Below, in pieces: positions 48,634 to 58,547 of a stretch of DNA of 64,000 bases. Within the stretch, counting starts at the first letter, position 1. Each line of letters begins with the position of its first letter. The translations under genes were made by a program, and so were the position numbers. This stretch comes from an uncultured virus (IMG/VR IMGVR_UViG_2667527431_000001) (Duplodnaviria; Heunggongvirae; Uroviricota; Caudoviricetes). The notes below the pieces were generated by a model. The model had not been told where the DNA came from and did not search any database. It was given only the letters and a program-made list of their open reading frames with translations. Where the stretch lies: the IMG/VR virus record IMGVR_UViG_2667527431_000001; one strand, 5' to 3'.

Positions 48634-48873
48634 ATGAGCGAGTCGAAAACTGCCGAAATTGTCAAAAGAAAAGTAAGCTCATCTAAAGAAGAAAGGGAAT
48701 CTTGTAACATTTTCCCAAACAGAATCAGATGTTATACAGTCGACGGCGTTATAAATATTGACTTCGGATTTGTCACCACGGGCAACACAATAAAAATCCA
48801 AAATGGTGTCGCCCTAGGTAAAGGTATGGCTGAGAGCCTAATCGAGCAACTTAAAAAAGCACTAGAGCAGTGA
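48634..48873 (+). CDS. Small protein, DUF3467-like
   Basis: IFPN...INIDFG...VAL...AESLIEQLKKAL pattern. Confidence 0.55.
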   Translation: MSESKTAEIVKRKVSSSKEERESCNIFPNRIRCYTVDGVINIDFGFVTTGNTIKIQNGVALGKGMAESLIEQLKKALEQ

Positions 48874-48874
48874 C

Positions 48875-49501
48875 ATGACTAAAGCAGACTGCAAAAAACC
48901 TGACTTCTTATCAGCCGATAATTTTTTGGAGTCATCTTTTGTCGAGATATCGAGCAAAAACCTTGTAAACCTTAAATTCGAGGCTTTCGAAAATTGCTGG
49001 ATAACAGAAGTCTCATACAAACCAAAGAAAGTTAGCAGAAAAAATCTCAGGCTTGACTGGAGAGGAAACTACGCAAAATACCTAGAGTGCATTTCAGAAA
49101 GCCCACAGAAAGAAAGTGTCGACTATCTATTTTTTGTAAAAATAATACATGACTTAGGCGAAGACCTAGACATAAAAGGCCCTTTTATTTTCAGGAATGA
49201 ATTATCCGTACATAAAAAGTCCTTAATTAACTTTTTGAGACACGCACCAGATCTATCTGAATATCTCTCATCCGAAAGCATTCTTATAGATGGTGACACC
49301 AACTGTATTTCCGTACAAATAAAGCGCAATCACACCGCCCTAAACATGTTTTTCAAGAAAGATGGAGGCATTGTTTTCAATACATTTGACGACGATCAAG
49401 ATGACAACTCCTTCAGAATATTTGGCGACTTACTTACGAGTAGCAAAAGCTATTTAAAATCAGCAAAAATAAAAAGACTACTCTCAATTCTAGGTGAGTG
49501 A
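48875..49501 (+). CDS. Hypothetical protein
   Basis: 208-aa AT-rich ORF starting 1 nt after the upstream stop. Confidence 0.75.
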   Translation: MTKADCKKPDFLSADNFLESSFVEISSKNLVNLKFEAFENCWITEVSYKPKKVSRKNLRLDWRGNYAKYLECISESPQKESVDYLFFVKIIHDLGEDLDIKGPFIFRNELSVHKKSLINFLRHAPDLSEYLSSESILIDGDTNCISVQIKRNHTALNMFFKKDGGIVFNTFDDDQDDNSFRIFGDLLTSSKSYLKSAKIKRLLSILGE

Positions 49502-50253
49502 ACATGCCGTCCAACATTCAAAGGAGTGAATCCTCAAACCTTAACAGCGCTGTTTTAATGGAAATTAAAACGGTAGAAAACGGCTATCAATTCTGCGATG
49601 ACGAAGCTGACATCCTCTGCGATTTTGACACCCTTCCAACAAATAATCTTTCTGAAATCAGTCACTTATGGAGAAATGCCAAAACGTCATCTATTAATAA
49701 AAATGATGAGGTACTCTCCACGGCCTACGACTTGAGGGACAACGAACTTGAAAGTCGGCAAATTAGTTTATACGAGGCTATTTCTAACTTAAAAGTTCCC
49801 GAAGACTTAAATCTCGAAGCCTATAACGTAAATTTCTTCTTGGCAACTCAAGCCCCCATAGATATTTCAAAAAGCACCATTATCAAGCTAGATATCAACC
49901 GCCTCAAAGTCGCCGCAGAAACAAGCAGCCTAGTTAACGAATTCATAGAATCCATTACAATATCTGATTCCCAGAACGAGAATCACATAAACGCATATCA
50001 TTGGGATATGACTTTTTCAACGAGCGACCAAGACAAACTCGTACACATTAAAAGCTTGCTTTGCAGATGCTCTATAACTTTCCCCCAAGCAAAAACCATG
50101 AGCCAAGTTGATTTCTCCAAGCAAATGGACAAAATTAGAAAAGCACGAAGAAAGGGGAACACAGCCTTAACACTTACACACCAAAACCCCATTAACAACG
50201 CCACTCAGGACTCATCGCACAGCTTGAGTTCTGAGACCCCAGCACAAACATAA
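49498..50253 (+). CDS. Hypothetical protein, possible ART/RES-like fold
   Basis: GTGA overlap; LWR...AY..R..E...ISLY...H spacing. Confidence 0.65.
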   Translation: MNMPSNIQRSESSNLNSAVLMEIKTVENGYQFCDDEADILCDFDTLPTNNLSEISHLWRNAKTSSINKNDEVLSTAYDLRDNELESRQISLYEAISNLKVPEDLNLEAYNVNFFLATQAPIDISKSTIIKLDINRLKVAAETSSLVNEFIESITISDSQNENHINAYHWDMTFSTSDQDKLVHIKSLLCRCSITFPQAKTMSQVDFSKQMDKIRKARRKGNTALTLTHQNPINNATQDSSHSLSSETPAQT

Positions 50254-50449
50254 AATTCCGCACTATATTAGTTTAGCCTTCCACCACCATAGGCAGAAGG
50301 CATAACTTCAAGCGCCAGAACTAACCACTTATAAAATACGTGACAATATTCACACCACAGAGTAAAAAAACACACTTAATTCGAGGCCAACTTTTCAAAC
50401 CTAACACATTGAATTACATGCTGACCCAGCAGATTTAATCATTAACTAC

Positions 50450-50974
50450 TCATTCTACGTTCGAAACTTCTTTAGCATAGGCCTGACAGGCCTGCAGCGC
50501 GATCAGTCCTTGATCGCCGTCGCCGGTGATTCCGATAATTCGTTGAGCATGCGCTGGGTCAAGTCGGGCTCTATGGGCGCCATAAACCACGCCGCCGGTG
50601 CGGGTGGTGGTTTGCATTGGGTCACAACCAGTTGCGGCGGCGTCGAGTTGGACTGACAGCCGCAGGTCAGCAGTAGCAAGACGATCACGCAGACGTGCCT
50701 GTTTCGTTTTCTCATCGGTAAGGGCTCTGTAATGGGCTTGGTCACTGGCGGCCAGCCACTGCTCCAGGGCGAGGCGCTTGCCCTGCTCTTCCAGAATTTG
50801 CGCTGAGTTTGCATTTGCCACATAGGTGCGTTCGGTTTGGTGGGCGACTTCCTTGGCGGCCAGTTGCTGGCCGTAGGCGTTGGCCTGCCACTCCCATGCA
50901 GCCCAAGCGCTGCCCGCCATCAGGGCCAGGATGATCAGCAGCACCCCACCCCGCTTCACCGCATCGACCTTCAC
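50450..50974 (-). CDS. Rz-like i-spanin
   Basis: Paralogue of 3106-3633. Confidence 0.88.
   Translation of the reverse strand: MKVDAVKRGGVLLIILALMAGSAWAAWEWQANAYGQQLAAKEVAHQTERTYVANANSAQILEEQGKRLALEQWLAASDQAHYRALTDEKTKQARLRDRLATADLRLSVQLDAAATGCDPMQTTTRTGGVVYGAHRARLDPAHAQRIIGITGDGDQGLIALQACQAYAKEVSNVE
50503..50715 (-). CDS. Rz1-like o-spanin
   Basis: LLLLTCGC lipobox, nested in Rz. Confidence 0.82.
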   Translation of the reverse strand: MRKRNRHVCVIVLLLLTCGCQSNSTPPQLVVTQCKPPPAPAAWFMAPIEPDLTQRMLNELSESPATAIKD

Positions 50975-51504
50975 GCCAACACCTTAAGCGCCCGGGCGTA
51001 CAGCGCCTGTCGATCGGCCGCGCCGTTCTGGCCACCGTTGATGCGCTGGGTGATCTTGTCGAACTGGCCCGCGTCGGCCAGTGTGCTCAGGCCCTTGGTC
51101 GCCCAGAACCATGCCGCTGACATGCAGGCGTGCTGTGGTTTCTCCAGCAGTTCGGGCTGCTTGATCAGGTCAAGGCCCAGCCCTTCACCACACGCCATGT
51201 AGTTGGCCCGGCCGGTGATCTGGATCAGGCCACGGCCCCGGTACTTGGAGCCGTCGCCGGCCACGGTGTTACCAAGGTCTTTGCGGCCTTCGTATTTGGC
51301 TTGGGCAGCCGTTGGGCCCCAGATTTCCTTAACGTATTTGAGCTGGCCGGACTCGTGTCCAATCTGCGCGATAAACGCGGCTACGCGCTTCGTCCCGACG
51401 ATCTGGTAATGCCCCATCGCGGCGTTGAGTGCCGGCACAAAAACGCCGGCAACTGGGCCGGCGTTGGGGAGGATCTGCAGCAGTTGTTGCTGGGTGATAG
51501 ACAT
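50971..51504 (-). CDS. GH19 endolysin
   Basis: Near-identical to 3630-4163. Confidence 0.95.
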   Translation of the reverse strand: MSITQQQLLQILPNAGPVAGVFVPALNAAMGHYQIVGTKRVAAFIAQIGHESGQLKYVKEIWGPTAAQAKYEGRKDLGNTVAGDGSKYRGRGLIQITGRANYMACGEGLGLDLIKQPELLEKPQHACMSAAWFWATKGLSTLADAGQFDKITQRINGGQNGAADRQALYARALKVLA

Positions 51505-51560
51505 AAGTTGCCCTTACGAAAAAGCCCGCACAAGGCGGGCCGGGGGTGGGTTTGTGCGGG

Positions 51561-52598
51561 TTAAAGCTGGACGATTTTCAGGGTCTTTTCAGGCTTCTTG
51601 CCTTTGACCTTGGCCTTGCCCTTTTTGCCAGCGTTGCACTCGATCGTCGTAGACCAGCCGGACTGGGTGAATACCTGTTCCCGGGAGTCCACCAGATACT
51701 CGCCATCGAGCCCGTCCTTGAATCCTTGGGCATTGATCATCCGTTCTGCGAACAGATCAGAGCGCCCGGGCATTTCCAGTCGCACACCTGCAGTCGAGCG
51801 GTTGAATGCGGCCAAGCGCGCCTTGGCGGCCTGCTCGGCGGCGGTTTTGTTGGGGTGGATATGCCGATCGGTATGCACCGGTGGCAGTCCTTCCGGGGCG
51901 TCGTCGTTGTTCAGATTGACCACTGAAAGTTTGCCGGTGGCTTTGTCCTGGTACTTGGTGCTGACGGCCTTGTGGGTCGAGCGATCGCCCAGCCGAAAGC
52001 TGTAGCGGCTGACGTCCGTTTTGTTAATAGTCACGACGCCCAGCGTCTTGCCGCTGGCCGTGACACCGCCCTGACGCGGCATAACGATCAACTTGCCGTC
52101 AGCGACCTTGGCCGTGCAGTCGTGCTGCCGGGCCAAGCGGGTAATAAAGTTAAAGTCCGATTCACCCAACTGGTCAGCCCGGGGCACGATCGTGGCCACC
52201 GTACAGGCCGGCTCCCAGCCGTTACGCCGCGCCACGGCACTGACGATGGTGGCCAAGGTGCCGCCCTCCCAACTGCCGCTACGGGTGGTCTTGCCGCTGC
52301 CGCGCATATCGCTGGCCTTGCCGTGTATCACCAGCGTGTCCGGCGGGCCGGAGATTTCGACCTCATCAACCACATAGCGGCCCTCTCGGGACAAGGTCGA
52401 CCCGGCATAGCCCAGATAGATTTCGATGCTGGCTCCCCGAGACGGCAACGTCACTGCGCTGTCACGGTCATCAATGCGCAACTCAAACTCGTCCGACTCC
52501 ATCCCGGGCTTGTCAGAGGTGCGCAACAGCAGCAGCCGGTCATTGATCATTCGGGTAATATCGCTGCCATCGGCGACGATGCGAAAAACGGGCGTCAT
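51561..52598 (-). CDS. gpD-like protein
   Basis: Paralogue of 4220-5257. Confidence 0.9.
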   Translation of the reverse strand: MTPVFRIVADGSDITRMINDRLLLLRTSDKPGMESDEFELRIDDRDSAVTLPSRGASIEIYLGYAGSTLSREGRYVVDEVEISGPPDTLVIHGKASDMRGSGKTTRSGSWEGGTLATIVSAVARRNGWEPACTVATIVPRADQLGESDFNFITRLARQHDCTAKVADGKLIVMPRQGGVTASGKTLGVVTINKTDVSRYSFRLGDRSTHKAVSTKYQDKATGKLSVVNLNNDDAPEGLPPVHTDRHIHPNKTAAEQAAKARLAAFNRSTAGVRLEMPGRSDLFAERMINAQGFKDGLDGEYLVDSREQVFTQSGWSTTIECNAGKKGKAKVKGKKPEKTLKIVQL

Positions 52599-52666
52599 AT
52601 CCAGCTCCAATAAAAAACCCCGCACAAAGGCGGGGCTCAGGTTTTAAGGCGCGTTACGCGTAACTA

Positions 52667-52876
52667 TCAGCTCCAGAGCTGGACGGCCTGCTCATCGCTG
52701 GCCAGCGCCAAGTCCGGCAACACGATCAGTACACCACCACGATACGGCTCCGGTTCGGCGGCCAGCCCGGGGTTGGCTTCCAGCACCGCATCCACGCTGC
52801 CATTGAGGTGGCCATAGGCGTTGTGGCAAATGGTGTAAAGCTTGTCGCCATCAAGTGTTCTGCAGGTCCTCGCCAT
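52667..52876 (-). CDS. gpX-like tail protein
   Basis: Paralogue of 5326-5535. Confidence 0.9.
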   Translation of the reverse strand: MARTCRTLDGDKLYTICHNAYGHLNGSVDAVLEANPGLAAEPEPYRGGVLIVLPDLALASDEQAVQLWS

Positions 52877-53696
52877 ATCGGACGAACTCCAAACTAAAGC
52901 CCTGCTTGCGGGGAATTCCGCCCTGCAGGAACGCGCTCTGATCCTCGGTGATCGAGGTCAAACACCAATCCCCCAGGACAAAGCCATAGCCCGTGGTGAG
53001 CCCCAGAGGCACCAACAACCCGCCAATGCTGCGCAGGGTGTCCAGTTGCTTGAGACCGCCCCGGTGGCCGGGAAAGATCGAACCTTTGAGGGTGATTTTG
53101 TCGTCACCCATGCCCACTGCCTGCTGTGCCGGCCGACGCATAAGGCGCTCTTGCGAGGCCCAACGAAAACCACTCTGCCGGTTCAGTTCCTCAAAAGCCG
53201 CCGTGTCCAGGTTGAAGTAGTACGGCGGCGCCTCATGCTTGTGCGGCTGCAGGATCAGCAAGTGGGGGAACGGCTTCACCGCCTCCACGGCCGGGGTGGT
53301 ATCAGTCGCAAACACGCTGGTGGGCAGGATGTTTCCCAACGCGGGATTGATCTTGCCGGCGATCTGGTTGATCGCATTTTTGGCCCGAGTGGCCTGCTCG
53401 CTGAACACCCCCAGGCGCTGCTCGATCTGCGAGGCGGCACGGGTGGCTTGGTTATAGACCGCGACCACCGAGCCCACCTTGGACTGTGCCGCGCTGATAC
53501 TGCGCATGACCCGCTGCAGCTTTTCACCGACCATCGGGCCAATGATCGGCAGGGTCTCCAGCTCCGAAGCGGCGCCGCTGATTTCACTGATAGCACCGTT
53601 TACCGGCCCCATCATCCCGTCCAGACTTCGCCGCCCCGCCTCCCCTGCAGTGGCCAAGTAACTGACGGTGCTTTGCATCTGCTCCATGTAGGCCAT
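52851..53696 (-). CDS. gpU-like tail protein
   Basis: Paralogue of 5510-6355. Confidence 0.85.
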   Translation of the reverse strand: MAYMEQMQSTVSYLATAGEAGRRSLDGMMGPVNGAISEISGAASELETLPIIGPMVGEKLQRVMRSISAAQSKVGSVVAVYNQATRAASQIEQRLGVFSEQATRAKNAINQIAGKINPALGNILPTSVFATDTTPAVEAVKPFPHLLILQPHKHEAPPYYFNLDTAAFEELNRQSGFRWASQERLMRRPAQQAVGMGDDKITLKGSIFPGHRGGLKQLDTLRSIGGLLVPLGLTTGYGFVLGDWCLTSITEDQSAFLQGGIPRKQGFSLEFVRYGEDLQNT

Positions 53697-53705
53697 ATCA
53701 CCTCC

Positions 53706-56339
53706 TTACCCGATATGCGGGGCGTCGTATAACTTGCGGTCATTGGCGCGGCGGGCGTCGTCTTCCATCCGCCGGGTAAAGTCCTGGAACTGGCCCTGCA
53801 TCATTGGCTGCAGCTTGCGCATGAACTCGTCCGGATCTTTGACATCGCCCTGAACGGTGATGGGCATATGCGGAGCAAAGGTGATTTTCTGATCCACCAC
53901 TGCTGGCTTGGACTCAGGCTTTAGCATCAGCGGCGACGGGGCTTGCGTCCGACCGGACTGCGCCGACATCGAGCGCACCACATCGCCCGGCTCCGCATCA
54001 CTACCAAACAGCGATTTGGCAAACGACGTCTTGCCGAACATTCCGCCGACGGCATCTCCGCCCATCCCCCCCAGAAACGCGCCGACCAGACCGCCCACCG
54101 CCGTGCCAATGATTGGCACCACGGAGCCGATCGCCGCGCCGGCAGCTGCACCGGCCATCGTGCCCGCCAGTCCGCCTGCAGCACCACCGTAACCCGCAGC
54201 CTTCTCTTCGGCCGTTTTGGCCGTGGTGTAGGTGTCAAAGGCCTTGATGCCCGCCTCAAATAGCGAGCCGGCCGGGATGGCTTTCCCCGCGTTGCTGATA
54301 GTGCCTACAGCGTTCATCAACCGAGCGCCCAAGCGCGGCGGCACGGGTGGCGGTGCCGGCGGGCGCGGTGGCCCCCGGCGCCGCGATCGACGGCCACCAC
54401 GACCACCGCCACCAGGGCCACCCCCGCCGAGTTCCCGAGCATTGACCACAAATACCTTCTGCGTATGGTCAGGCCCGGCCTCATCCTCTCCGCCCTTGGC
54501 CTCCCGAATCACATCGAGCAGCTTCAGACCGGTTTCGACCGGGTCCAGTTTGGTATCCGGGGCGTCCTCACCCTCCTTGTCTTCATCCTTGCGGCCCAGC
54601 AACGCATTGAGTCCCGACGAGACCAGCGACTTGACCGCGTCCCCCTTGCCGTCCCCGTCATCGTCACCGCCGCCCAGTGCGTCCTTGGCGTTGGTGACAA
54701 AGACCGACTGCACACCGGCGCGACCTGCACCGCCGCCACCCAGTCCGCCCCGGGCCAGATTGACCAGCCCCCGGCCGATCTTGAACGCACCCAGCAGACT
54801 GGTGACAACGCTGGCCCCGGTGGCCAGCGCCGTCAGCCCCATCACCAGCTTGGGCGACTCGTCCGACAGTTTGGTGATGCCCTTGACCACCGTGGTCAGC
54901 CCAGAGGCCACCGCATCCGTGACCGGGCGAATGGCATCGCCCACACTGCGCATGGCGTCATTGCCTGCCTGAATCGTCTCGGCCCATTTTTGCGATGAGG
55001 TGTCGCGCCGTTCCGACAGGTTTTTGTCCAAGATCCCAGAGGCCCCGGACGCCTCGTTTTTAAGCTGCTCGTACAGCGCCTTGTTCTGCACATAGGCGGT
55101 CAGAGCTGACTTGACCTGCATGTCCGCGAAAATATCGCCGGTGCGCAACGCCTGCTCCAGACTGCTGAGCATGGCCTTGGCCTTTTCCGGGTTCGCCTCC
55201 TTGCTGATCTGGGCGGTGGCCTCGGCCATCTTGGCGGCTTTCTTCGGGTCGGTAGCTTCGATGTACCGCTTGGCCAACCCAAAACTGGCCTCCAGCGTGG
55301 ACATACCACCCTGAATACCAGTGTTCAGCGAGCCCTGATAATCAATGCCGGCCTTCTTGTAGGCATCCACTACTTCGCCGGAACCAATTTTCTCCATCCA
55401 GTTTTTCAGGTTGTTGGCCGCCTCGTCGGAGGTGCCAGCGGTTTTCATCTGCACCTGGAGCATCGCCCCCAGCTGCGTCACGGCGTCCATGCCGGTGATG
55501 CCCTGTTTCTGCATGCTTGCGAGCAGTTGCGGGAACCAACGCGCCATGTCGCTGGCCTCAAAACTGCCCGCCTGCCCTTGGAACGCCACCGCCTCCAGCG
55601 CCTTTTCCAACACCTTGGGGTCGGTGATGTTGGCGTTACTCTGCAGCGCCTGAATCATCTTTGCCGTGTCGACACCAGATGAACCCTGCCCCACGACGAA
55701 CTTGGCCGCCACCGGCGCAAACTCCATCGCCTGCTTTAGATCCATCCCCGCGCCGACCAACTGGTTGACCACATCGGCCACTTCGTTGCGGCCCATGCCG
55801 ATATCATTCGACGTCGAGATGATGCTGCGCGACATGTCGGCCTCTTGCGCCGAACGGGCCACCCCGGCCTTGATCGCAATATCACGGATGATCGCCTGAT
55901 AATCGGCGCTGACCTTGGCCGTCACGGCTACCATGCCGGTCGCCACAACACCCTGCGCCACACCGGCGCGCACCTGCTGCTTGCCCTGATCGATCTGGCC
56001 AAAGCCTTTGGCCTTCAGTTCAGCGCTACGCCCAGCGCGGCCCAGGCGATCGTATTCCTTCGCCAGTCGGCCGACCTCCACGCCTTCCTTGCGCAGTACG
56101 CCAAGGTTTCGCTCCAGCCGGTTCAGCAACGCTTGCGCACCCTTCTCGCCGGCGGCGTGAGCCTTGCGCCATTCATCACGCAGGCGCATGGTTTCGCCAA
56201 TTGTGCTCTGCAGTACGCGGGCTTTTTTGCCTTGCTCACTGAGCTTTTTGACGCGGCTTTCCACATCCTTAAATGCAGCGCCCACGGTCGAGCTGACCGC
56301 CCCGCCGATGACAAGGCCGAGCGCCATTTTGTTAGCCAT
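53706..56339 (-). CDS. Tail tape measure protein
   Basis: 877 aa, paralogue of 6365-9001. Confidence 0.92.
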   Translation of the reverse strand: MANKMALGLVIGGAVSSTVGAAFKDVESRVKKLSEQGKKARVLQSTIGETMRLRDEWRKAHAAGEKGAQALLNRLERNLGVLRKEGVEVGRLAKEYDRLGRAGRSAELKAKGFGQIDQGKQQVRAGVAQGVVATGMVAVTAKVSADYQAIIRDIAIKAGVARSAQEADMSRSIISTSNDIGMGRNEVADVVNQLVGAGMDLKQAMEFAPVAAKFVVGQGSSGVDTAKMIQALQSNANITDPKVLEKALEAVAFQGQAGSFEASDMARWFPQLLASMQKQGITGMDAVTQLGAMLQVQMKTAGTSDEAANNLKNWMEKIGSGEVVDAYKKAGIDYQGSLNTGIQGGMSTLEASFGLAKRYIEATDPKKAAKMAEATAQISKEANPEKAKAMLSSLEQALRTGDIFADMQVKSALTAYVQNKALYEQLKNEASGASGILDKNLSERRDTSSQKWAETIQAGNDAMRSVGDAIRPVTDAVASGLTTVVKGITKLSDESPKLVMGLTALATGASVVTSLLGAFKIGRGLVNLARGGLGGGGAGRAGVQSVFVTNAKDALGGGDDDGDGKGDAVKSLVSSGLNALLGRKDEDKEGEDAPDTKLDPVETGLKLLDVIREAKGGEDEAGPDHTQKVFVVNARELGGGGPGGGGRGGRRSRRRGPPRPPAPPPVPPRLGARLMNAVGTISNAGKAIPAGSLFEAGIKAFDTYTTAKTAEEKAAGYGGAAGGLAGTMAGAAAGAAIGSVVPIIGTAVGGLVGAFLGGMGGDAVGGMFGKTSFAKSLFGSDAEPGDVVRSMSAQSGRTQAPSPLMLKPESKPAVVDQKITFAPHMPITVQGDVKDPDEFMRKLQPMMQGQFQDFTRRMEDDARRANDRKLYDAPHIG

Positions 56340-56374
56340 AGGATTGCCCTGTTACGTGTAGCGGAGGGAGCAGC

Positions 56375-56500
56375 TCAATCCGTGAGCCACCACAGCATGC
56401 GGTTAAACGGCATGGCCTCGATCTCGCTGGCCGAGAAATGAAATTCCCGGGCCAGGTACTTGGCCGCCGCTTTAATCGTGGTAGGCGTAAGGTTCATCAT
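56375..56500 (-). CDS. gpE'-like chaperone extension
   Basis: MMNLTPTTIKAAAKYLAREFHFSASEIEAMPFNRMLWWLTD. Confidence 0.75.
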   Translation of the reverse strand: MMNLTPTTIKAAAKYLAREFHFSASEIEAMPFNRMLWWLTD

Positions 56501-56795
56501 CTTCGACCAGGCGAAAATAGCCGACCTGCAGGCGGTTGTAGTCGACGATGGTCATGGCGCTAATATCCTTGTCCCCCGACCCTGTGAGGGACGCGAACAA
56601 GATCAGCTCGCGCTTCTCCGCATCACCGCCGGACTGGACGGTGGCTTGCTGTACATCCTTGACCGTCGGGGCGCGCAGGCTGATCCGATCAACTTGGATT
56701 TGGTTGATCTCGGTCGGTTTGCGCAAGGTGATGGTGGCACCTTCGGCCGTCAGTTCCAGCCAGCTTGGGAGTTTCTTGGTGGTGCTCATGTTCAT
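56472..56795 (-). CDS. Tail assembly chaperone
   Basis: Paralogue of 9134-9469. Confidence 0.88.
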   Translation of the reverse strand: MNMSTTKKLPSWLELTAEGATITLRKPTEINQIQVDRISLRAPTVKDVQQATVQSGGDAEKRELILFASLTGSGDKDISAMTIVDYNRLQVGYFRLVEDDEPYAYHD

Positions 56796-56801
56796 TGCTC
56801 C

Positions 56802-57305
56802 TTAAAGGCCCAGGGCGTTACGCACGTCAGCCAGTTGGTCCACGCCATCGATGACGCGCACGCAGTTGATCGGATCGATTTCAAACATCACGCGCCCGTC
56901 GATTTCGAGCTTGTAGTAGGTGACGTCCACGGCGTACTTGAACTCAGCCTTGGAACCGGCCGACCACTCGCCCGGGTCGACTTCGCGCAGGCCGCCACGC
57001 AAGGTGGCCACCACACCGGTAGTCGCACCCTTCAAGCCCTTGAAGGCCCCGCGAAACGACGCGTTGAAACCGGTCTGATCAAAAGACCCGAAGTACTTCA
57101 GCACTTCTTTTCGCACGCCGTTGGTAGTGAAGCTGCACTCCAGCTTTTCAAGCCCCATGTCCATGCCCACCGGCGCATCCATGCCACCACCGCGATACTC
57201 CTCGGTTTTGACGGTCAGCTTGGGCAGGCTCAGGCTCGGCACGTCGCCTTGAAGGCTCATCCCGTCCACGAACATATTGGTGTTAAACAGGGTTTGCGGA
57301 ATCAT
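56802..57305 (-). CDS. Major tail tube protein
   Basis: EEYRGGGMD motif. Confidence 0.93.
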   Translation of the reverse strand: MIPQTLFNTNMFVDGMSLQGDVPSLSLPKLTVKTEEYRGGGMDAPVGMDMGLEKLECSFTTNGVRKEVLKYFGSFDQTGFNASFRGAFKGLKGATTGVVATLRGGLREVDPGEWSAGSKAEFKYAVDVTYYKLEIDGRVMFEIDPINCVRVIDGVDQLADVRNALGL

Positions 57306-57316
57306 TGAACGCCTCC

Positions 57317-58480
57317 TTAGGCTTCCAGAACTTCAGTCAGCCACTGGTTCGTGACCTCGATTTGGAAAATCGGGTTTTCCGCCGGCGGCACATCGGTAAA
57401 GCGGATGGTCCAGTACACCTTGCCCTGCTCGATCTGCGTGGCCGTGGTTTTCTCCAGGTCGGGGTAGACCTCAAAGTTGATCACCGCGCCCTGCGCTTTC
57501 AGGTCACGCATAAAGGCGTTAACCGTCTCGGTCACGTCCTTGACGTAGGTCTTGGTGATGCCCCGGTCGACGGCCCATTTCATGCCCGCCTGAATAGCCT
57601 CCATCACCATGTCGGTGGTGCGCACGCGGGTGACAAAGGCCCACTTGGAATCGCTCGACAGGGTGCGGTTGCCCCACAGGCGATAGCCGCCGTCACGGAT
57701 GATGGTGGTGATATTGGCGCCGTTGAGCAGGTTGGCCCGGCAGGTCTTGTCGCCGTCCAGGTACTCGATCGGGCGCACGGTGCCGGTGATACCGGCAATC
57801 TCTTTGTTCGACGGCGACGACCAAAAACCAAAGCGCGAATCGGTCTGTGCAAACAGGCCTGCAGCGATCGCAGAACCCGGCACCGAGACATCGCCGTTAA
57901 GCGTTGTGCTCCACTGCTTGACCGCCGGATCGACCATAAACAGGCGTTTAGAGCCGAAGTTTTCGGCGTAGGCGATCGCGGCCTCGTCGGTGGTGTTTGG
58001 CCCGTCGATGATGCCGATGGCCTTTAGCTTGCCGGCCAGAACATCCATCGCAGTGGCCACCGCTTGCGTGGCGCTGTGCTTGGGCGCAATCACCAGTCGC
58101 GGCTGCAGGTTGAACAGGCTTTTGCCATCGAGCAGCGCCTGCATGCCGGTGCGCTTGCCGTCCGCCGCCACACCGCCAATGATCGAGCTGGTGAGTGCCG
58201 CCGCCTCGGTGCCGACCGGCACACCTACTGCGACAATCGCGGCAGCCGACTGGTTGAAGATGGCCTTACAGGCTCGGGTCAGCGCCGAGTCAGCACCGAA
58301 TGCGGCCACCGCTTCACTCTCACGGGTCAGCAGGGTGGGCACGTTCGCCGCCACCAGACCCAGTCCCGGGTTGAAGGTGTCGACCAGGCCAATGATCGAA
58401 GACGAGGGCAGCGCGATGATGCGGGCACCGGTCTCGACCAGGGCCACGGTGATGCCGTGAAAGAAGTCGGTAGAACTCAT
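57317..58480 (-). CDS. Tail sheath protein
   Basis: Paralogue of 9991-11154. Confidence 0.95.
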   Translation of the reverse strand: MSSTDFFHGITVALVETGARIIALPSSSIIGLVDTFNPGLGLVAANVPTLLTRESEAVAAFGADSALTRACKAIFNQSAAAIVAVGVPVGTEAAALTSSIIGGVAADGKRTGMQALLDGKSLFNLQPRLVIAPKHSATQAVATAMDVLAGKLKAIGIIDGPNTTDEAAIAYAENFGSKRLFMVDPAVKQWSTTLNGDVSVPGSAIAAGLFAQTDSRFGFWSSPSNKEIAGITGTVRPIEYLDGDKTCRANLLNGANITTIIRDGGYRLWGNRTLSSDSKWAFVTRVRTTDMVMEAIQAGMKWAVDRGITKTYVKDVTETVNAFMRDLKAQGAVINFEVYPDLEKTTATQIEQGKVYWTIRFTDVPPAENPIFQIEVTNQWLTEVLEA

Positions 58481-58547
58481 GGGTATCTCCACAGAAACAA
58501 AAAAACCGCTTTCGCGGCTTGTAGTGACTCCAACGCGGAACGCTGGC

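Noticed and set aside
48405..48710. 101-aa minus-strand ORF
   Set aside because: Overlaps the operon start and promoter region, no recognisable motif
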